NCBI RefSeq assembly: GCF_000341395.1
Contig: NC_020304.1
Location: forward strand, 1,980,001 to 2,012,000
DNA length: 32,000 nt
From: Desulfocapsa sulfexigens DSM 10523
GTDB taxonomy: Bacteria; Desulfobacterota; Desulfobulbia; Desulfobulbales; Desulfocapsaceae
Direction of reading: 5' to 3'
The translations under genes and the position numbers were made by a program. Positions 26,847 through 32,000 of the stretch are shown here, piece after piece (position 1 is the first letter of the stretch; the number at the start of each line of letters is the position of its first letter). The notes below the pieces were generated by a model. It searched no databases. It had not been told where the DNA came from and saw only the letters and a program-made list of their open reading frames with translations.

Positions 26847-28640
26847 TCATTCTTTAATGACAGAAATAGTGGTTGTAAAAGAGACGTTGTCGGGGAAACC
26901 ACATTTAATGACCTGGATGGTGGTGGTTGGCTCTTTCTTGCCATAGGCTGGAGAGTACCAACCTGCAAAGGGGGCTTGTTGCCCACGCAGGAGATTGATT
27001 GTATCGGCATTGATGGTAAGAGACATGACGATATTGTCATGATGTAAATAAAGGCAATTCCCTTCTTTTTCAACTGTCACCAACGGATGGAGGTGAAAAT
27101 GCAGCGAATATTCATGATTACCACCACCTGCAAAGCTGTCTTCAATGGTTAAAATTCCATCAGGATCAAAAGTCAGCGTACGGCTGTGGCTGACAGCTAA
27201 GTTTTGCAGAACATAACCGTTGTGAGTACCGGTAACAATGTGCTGCCCTTCATCGGTAACTCTGTGGTTGCAGGAGACCGTAAACGAATGATCCCAGACA
27301 AAACTGGTGAGTTGTCTGGCTTGATCACGCCCATCTATGCATACTGTATTGTGGGCATTTGTACTTTTGAAATATCGGCGTAGGGTCGTGTCACCATTGT
27401 ATTGAAAGGTTCCCGGATCAATAAGAAAATCTTTATCCCCAACCGAGACAAAGATAGATAGACAATCCGCATGGCCATGATTGTTCAATGGTTCCATGCC
27501 AAGTATGCCATGATCAAAGAGAACACGTAAGCCGTTTTTGTCCCTTAAAAGAGAATAGCCACTATCGGTAAAAGATTCAAAAGGTTCTGGTAGATTGCTG
27601 GTGGGTAGGATTTTTCGTAATGGAAACAGGTAGGGAGCAACAGCAAAACCATCATCGCTGTCTCCAATCATAGGTAATGATTCATTCTCATGTTGAATCG
27701 TCTGCATAAATGTTTCGCCAAGCGTAACACGTTGTTGCATCTCGGAACAATCATGGAGCTTATTGTCGGTAAGAAAATGGATTGCCAACCAGTAAAGATC
27801 CAGAACAAAACGATGATAGGCAAAAGATTGTTCTGCCGGGCCGCCGTCAGCAAGGATCTGGTGACAACATTCCTGTTCTAAAAGGTCTATTCCTGTTCTT
27901 TGCCATTCCTGCCCTTGTATGCTTTGTTGAAACAGACCACCGGCCATAATCAAACCGAGAGATTCACTCACCGTGTGATTACCTAAAGAAGAGTAAAGGG
28001 ACAAACGATTTCTGACTAACCAGCCATGCTGAAAAATCGTCAACAAAAGTTTGTTTCGTTGGGCATCACTCAAATGCTCTAAATTTTGGAAGGCTTTAAT
28101 GAAGACAGGGATACGTAAACCACATTCCATCATAGACATATAATGTGGCCCATGGAGAAAGGGGTTCCGTGCCAGCCATTCAAATAGTTTGTCTTGAACA
28201 GCATGTTGAATTAATTCATATGTCTCAGCATTGCAGTCCGCAGACAGATGTTGCAACAAGATCATCAGGTGTTGTAATCTCGCAGGTTCCCATACTGAAC
28301 GAATGTCCGGGTCTCCTTTTTTTTGTTTCACCTCTACAAAAAGGCTATCTTTCCATCTGTCTGCAAAATTTTGAATCAACGCTGCATTTTCGCCAAGGGT
28401 AAATTCTTTTCCATGCAAAAGCTGGGTGATTACCTCGGAACTGACTGAAGATAATATTTTCGGAACTATAAGGTTAGTGTTTGCTGTTTTTTCGAGGTCA
28501 AAGGTGAGGTCTTTTTTATAGAAATTCGGTTTGATCGTTATTTTTTTTAAGAACAGATAGTCAGCTAATCTGTGGCGTAATTCCGCGAGAGAAGATCGCT
28601 TTAGTCTGTAGAAGTAAAATTTAAATCGTTTAATGGTCAT
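26847..28640 (-). CDS. Heparinase II/III / alginate lyase family protein
   Basis: 597 aa. HTVSESLGLIMAG, MIGDSDDGFAVAPY, NNHGHADCLSIFVSVGDKDFLIDPGTFQYNGDTTLRRYFKSTNAHNTVCIDGRDQ. Confidence 0.9.
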   Translation of the reverse strand: MTIKRFKFYFYRLKRSSLAELRHRLADYLFLKKITIKPNFYKKDLTFDLEKTANTNLIVPKILSSVSSEVITQLLHGKEFTLGENAALIQNFADRWKDSLFVEVKQKKGDPDIRSVWEPARLQHLMILLQHLSADCNAETYELIQHAVQDKLFEWLARNPFLHGPHYMSMMECGLRIPVFIKAFQNLEHLSDAQRNKLLLTIFQHGWLVRNRLSLYSSLGNHTVSESLGLIMAGGLFQQSIQGQEWQRTGIDLLEQECCHQILADGGPAEQSFAYHRFVLDLYWLAIHFLTDNKLHDCSEMQQRVTLGETFMQTIQHENESLPMIGDSDDGFAVAPYLFPLRKILPTSNLPEPFESFTDSGYSLLRDKNGLRVLFDHGILGMEPLNNHGHADCLSIFVSVGDKDFLIDPGTFQYNGDTTLRRYFKSTNAHNTVCIDGRDQARQLTSFVWDHSFTVSCNHRVTDEGQHIVTGTHNGYVLQNLAVSHSRTLTFDPDGILTIEDSFAGGGNHEYSLHFHLHPLVTVEKEGNCLYLHHDNIVMSLTINADTINLLRGQQAPFAGWYSPAYGKKEPTTTIQVIKCGFPDNVSFTTTISVIKE

Positions 28641-28739
28641 TTAGAGGGACATTTATAGGGACATCGGGTGTCCTGATTTGATCAAATTGATACGATGCTT
28701 ATTCCCATAAAGTAAAATTTCAAGTCGAGTTACTTTTGG

Positions 28740-29627
28740 TTACTGATTTCCAATATATTTCCTGCCAAGTTCTGTTAATCTGTATTGTTGCAGTTTGCTG
28801 CTGGGTTTGTCAGGTATTGTGTACTCAATAAAGCCACTTTTTAAGGCGGGATTCAGATAGGCCTTATAAAAATATTTTCGATCTTTAATTCCTAAACGTA
28901 TTTGTAATTGTTCCCTATTTGTTGGCTCAGTGCAAACTCTAAGTAGTCTTACAACATGGGGGGTGTCATGGGGGGTGTCATGGGGGGTAACATGGGGGGT
29001 AACATGGGGGGTGGTTTCCACATCCGTATTCGTTTCCTTATTCAGGCTACCCATAGGATATAAAGTAACCTTAAAAAAACCACTGGAATACTCAAAAGCA
29101 GGAGTCCTGCCTTTTACCTGATGGATGGCCTGTAACACTCTTTTGATTCCCGAGCCATATTTTTCTATCAATCCAGCCTCTCTAAAAATGGAGGCTATCT
29201 GTTTGTTATGAGGTACCGAAGGGTTGGTACCGGAGAGAATGGATTCGATGGTGATTGAAGCGGGTAATTCGGCTGGGTTGAAAAATTCGATTTTATCAGA
29301 ATGAATCTTTATAGTTGAGTCGCAGGCAGCACGGTAGTCGCGATGGACTATCATATTCAGCACGATCTCTCGCACTGCTTCCATTGGATATTCCCACACC
29401 TCATCTCTTTGGGCCTTCCCTGTGATTAAATACCGTTTGCTTATATGCTTTTTTATAAACCCAAGCACTGATTCCAGTTCGGTAAAAAGATCACAGCGGA
29501 TAGTTATAGAGTCCCTGATGATAGTCTCACTATCAAAACGCCCTGCATCAATGGTGGTGAGTAATGTTTCGGAACCGGTAAATAATAGAAACGACAGGAA
29601 GTACTGCAGTGGGTTAATATCAGTCAT
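28740..29627 (-). CDS. RecG-like/Schlafen-AlbA-type ATP-binding regulator, N-terminally truncated
   Basis: 295 aa. EYPMEAVREIVLNMIVHRDY, IEFFNPAELPASITIESIL, NKQIASIFREAGLIEKYGSGIKRV, C-terminal winged-helix-like part. The N-terminal AlbA_2-type domain is absent, and a TAA codon directly precedes the ATG. Confidence 0.75.
   Translation of the reverse strand: MTDINPLQYFLSFLLFTGSETLLTTIDAGRFDSETIIRDSITIRCDLFTELESVLGFIKKHISKRYLITGKAQRDEVWEYPMEAVREIVLNMIVHRDYRAACDSTIKIHSDKIEFFNPAELPASITIESILSGTNPSVPHNKQIASIFREAGLIEKYGSGIKRVLQAIHQVKGRTPAFEYSSGFFKVTLYPMGSLNKETNTDVETTPHVTPHVTPHDTPHDTPHVVRLLRVCTEPTNREQLQIRLGIKDRKYFYKAYLNPALKSGFIEYTIPDKPSSKLQQYRLTELGRKYIGNQ
28955..29014. repeat. 12-bp in-frame tandem repeat, 5 units
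   Basis: catggggggtgt / catggggggtaa variants in tandem, encoding TPH(V/D) units in the minus-strand CDS. Confidence 0.93.
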
Positions 29628-29660
29628 TTATAACTCTCAAAGCTTTTATCTCCTGCATGG

Positions 29661-31832
29661 TTAATGGCTCAACAAAACCACTTCACGCCGTCTCAAAGAT
29701 TCCAAAACAGCAAAAGTAGCACGGGTAACAGCAAATATCTCATCAGGTGTAATCGGTGGAACACCACCATCCTTGATGGCGCCTAAGAAGTCACCAAGCA
29801 TCTTCTTCTGGCCCTTATCCTGTCCCATGAGTTTTTTTCGGAAAACTTTGCCGGAACCATGAATCTCCAGTTCTTTGTAATCTCGAATAATCCCCGTTGA
29901 TCCACTTGTATATATCTCAACATACTCCTTCGCCAACGATTTAGCGCCATTGGCAAAATAGGCTATAGTACCGATAGAGCCATCCTCAAATTCCAGATTA
30001 ATGCTAACGGTATCGTTTAAACTTTGAGGGTCGGGAAGCGCAGAGGAGTAGACAGACTTGGGCAAAGAGCCACACATAAAAGACATGAAATCAATGAAAT
30101 GACAAACTTCGCCAAGAATTCGTCCTCCACCAATTGTACCATCCTGGATCCAGGAGTCAGCGGGAATGGAACCAGCGCTGACCCGGTAGAGCATAGACAT
30201 GGAACCACTGCCAAGCTTATCTTTCATGATCTGGACAAGTGGAGCAAAACGACGGTTAAATCCTACCATTAAGTGACTGTCACCAGTTGCGGCATTTTCT
30301 ATCTCAGCCAGTTCTCCAAGGGTCAGACAGAGGGGTTTTTCCACGAAAACGTTTTTAGCAGTTTGCAGCGCTTCCAATACATATTCAGCATGACTGTTGT
30401 GCCGGGTGGAGATGAAGACAGTGTTTATTTCCGTATTGCCAAAGATATCTGCTTTGTCAGAAGTACAGAATTCAAAGGAAAACTTCTCTGCAACCGTTTT
30501 TGAGGTGGTACCGGATGAGGTCATTACCCCTTTATTGACAATATCAGAGTCGTTCCCAGGGATATTGGGTAATAAGCTTCCTTGGGCGTAACTTCCTGCA
30601 CCGATAAAAGCCAATCCTATTTTCCCGGCAGCCTTTACCGGGGCTACAGGGATCTTTTCTCTCTTAAGTGGCTTTTTCACATCATATTTAATAAGGATTC
30701 CAAGGAAGGGCTCACTGCGGTTAACCACCATGTCGTAAGCCTCAGGTGCATCCTCCAGCGAGAATTCATGGGTGGTTAGAAAGTCCAGATTGATCTTTTC
30801 TGTACGGATGAGTTCCTGAAAAGCTGCCATATTACGATTTTCCGTCCAGCGAACATAGGCAGCAGGGTAATCAATCCCTTTTTCTTCATAATTGATATCA
30901 TATCGCCCAGGACCGTAGGAACATGACATGCGAATATCCAGTTCTTTACGATAGTAATATGGATCCCGGTCAAACCCTGTGGGAACAGCACCAGAAACAA
31001 TGACTTTACCCTTCTTTCTAGCAATCTCACCGGCAAAGTTGATTGGCCCTAGACTATCTGTTGCGGCAGTAATAATAACAGCATCACAACCAAGGCCACT
31101 GGTAAATGCCGAAATGGAATCAGCCACACCTGTCTCTCCAAGAGCAAAGGCCAGATCGGCACAATTTTCCCGGGCCCGTTTAACTGCAGACTGATCAACA
31201 TCCAGACCAATTACCCGTATCCCTGAAGCCTGCAAAAACAAACACGACAGTTGGCCAAGCAAACCAAGGCCTATAACCGCACATGTCTCTCCAAGCCTCA
31301 GGTCGGCCTGACGAACCCCCTGCATAGCAATGGCACCAAGGGTGTTATATGCAGCTTGTTTCAGCAGTTTGTCTCCTCGCGCCTCACTCCTTTCACCTTT
31401 CACGTCCCCATTTACCTTGACGCATAAGTTTTTTGGTACAGATACAATCTCGGCATGATTGGCGGATAAACCACCGCAGGCAACTACATCACCAATTTGG
31501 AATTCTGTTATGTCAGGTGCAACATCAATGACTTCCCCGACACAGGAGTAACCAAGGGGGGAGTAAGCATCGAGTTTTTTCATGACAGCTCGATACGTTT
31601 GTACCGGCCCTTGGGTTTTTAATACATCGATAACCTGTTTAACCTGTTGGGGTCTTTCTTTGGCTTTGCCGATAAGGCCTTTTCGTGCAGTTTTGACAGT
31701 ACTGCCTTCGGTGCCCGCACTTATGAGGGAGTAGTGGTTACGAACCAATATACAACCCGAGGAGAGTGACGGCCAAGGGACTTCGATTGTTTTCATGTTG
31801 CCGTCTTTTAGTTTTTGGGCGAGTTGTTGCAT
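29661..31832 (-). CDS. Bi-domain oxidoreductase (zinc-type dehydrogenase plus Gfo/Idh/MocA)
   Basis: 723 aa. SAGTEGSTVKTARKGLIGKAKERP, YSCVGEVIDV, TCAVIGLGLLGQL in the N half; IGLAFIGAGSYAQGSLLPNI, VFVEKPLCLTLGEL, MVGFNRRFAPLV in the C half. Confidence 0.92.
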   Translation of the reverse strand: MQQLAQKLKDGNMKTIEVPWPSLSSGCILVRNHYSLISAGTEGSTVKTARKGLIGKAKERPQQVKQVIDVLKTQGPVQTYRAVMKKLDAYSPLGYSCVGEVIDVAPDITEFQIGDVVACGGLSANHAEIVSVPKNLCVKVNGDVKGERSEARGDKLLKQAAYNTLGAIAMQGVRQADLRLGETCAVIGLGLLGQLSCLFLQASGIRVIGLDVDQSAVKRARENCADLAFALGETGVADSISAFTSGLGCDAVIITAATDSLGPINFAGEIARKKGKVIVSGAVPTGFDRDPYYYRKELDIRMSCSYGPGRYDINYEEKGIDYPAAYVRWTENRNMAAFQELIRTEKINLDFLTTHEFSLEDAPEAYDMVVNRSEPFLGILIKYDVKKPLKREKIPVAPVKAAGKIGLAFIGAGSYAQGSLLPNIPGNDSDIVNKGVMTSSGTTSKTVAEKFSFEFCTSDKADIFGNTEINTVFISTRHNSHAEYVLEALQTAKNVFVEKPLCLTLGELAEIENAATGDSHLMVGFNRRFAPLVQIMKDKLGSGSMSMLYRVSAGSIPADSWIQDGTIGGGRILGEVCHFIDFMSFMCGSLPKSVYSSALPDPQSLNDTVSINLEFEDGSIGTIAYFANGAKSLAKEYVEIYTSGSTGIIRDYKELEIHGSGKVFRKKLMGQDKGQKKMLGDFLGAIKDGGVPPITPDEIFAVTRATFAVLESLRRREVVLLSH

Positions 31833-31855
31833 TGAGCGAGGTTCCCGAATAAAAA

Positions 31856-32000
31856 TTATTTTAGTAAATCATCTATTTTTTCAAATAATACATCACGAGA
31901 AAAGGAATTTCTAATTTGAATGACTGCCTTGCTTTTATTGATTATGTCCTCAACAGTGAGAGAATCTAGCAGCTGAGACACACTTTCCTTGTTAAAAGAA
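31856..32000 (-). CDS. C-terminal fragment of a CDS running off the right edge (probable glycosyltransferase)
   Basis: Minus frame reads ...SFNKESVSQLLDSLTVEDIINKSKAVIQIRNSFSRDVLFEKIDDLLK*. Glycosyltransferase identity is only suggested by context. Confidence 0.4.
   Translation of the reverse strand, partial: SFNKESVSQLLDSLTVEDIINKSKAVIQIRNSFSRDVLFEKIDDLLK

Overview
A 32 kb window from what looks like a sulfate-reducer or Desulfobulbales-like genome (taxon inferred from gene content, not tested). Ordinary parts: a type II mannose-1-phosphate guanylyltransferase cut by the left edge; mtnA; a nitrogen block (amtB, PII, glnD, glnA); cysC; galU; and an exopolysaccharide/O-antigen region (WecA-like transferase, wecB, a WecG/TagA-type transferase, a heparinase II/III-like protein, a bi-domain oxidoreductase, and the end of another CDS). 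The most interesting locus is at 10080-15819. I read it as a lasso peptide (RiPP) cluster: a 70-aa precursor on the + strand (leader ...KLEYSKSILINHGSVVRLTA, predicted 27-aa core GCAGSGADSGTYSESSFIGPDGSCQST) facing a minus-strand run of ABC ATPase, ABC-2 permease (frameshifted), transglutaminase-like B2 peptidase, PqqD-like RRE protein, HPr-kinase-like protein and asparagine-synthase-like cyclase. A PEP-CTERM protein gene lies 43 nt upstream of the precursor on the same strand. Other observations: a WecA-PilZ fusion, a three-gene envelope operon ending in a HEVGH protein, a TacAT-type toxin-antitoxin pair, a nonsense-interrupted antitoxin relic, a ~266-bp non-coding element with inverted repeat ends, two gene remnants and two tandem repeats. 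All family calls come from reading motifs in the translations; no database search was run.
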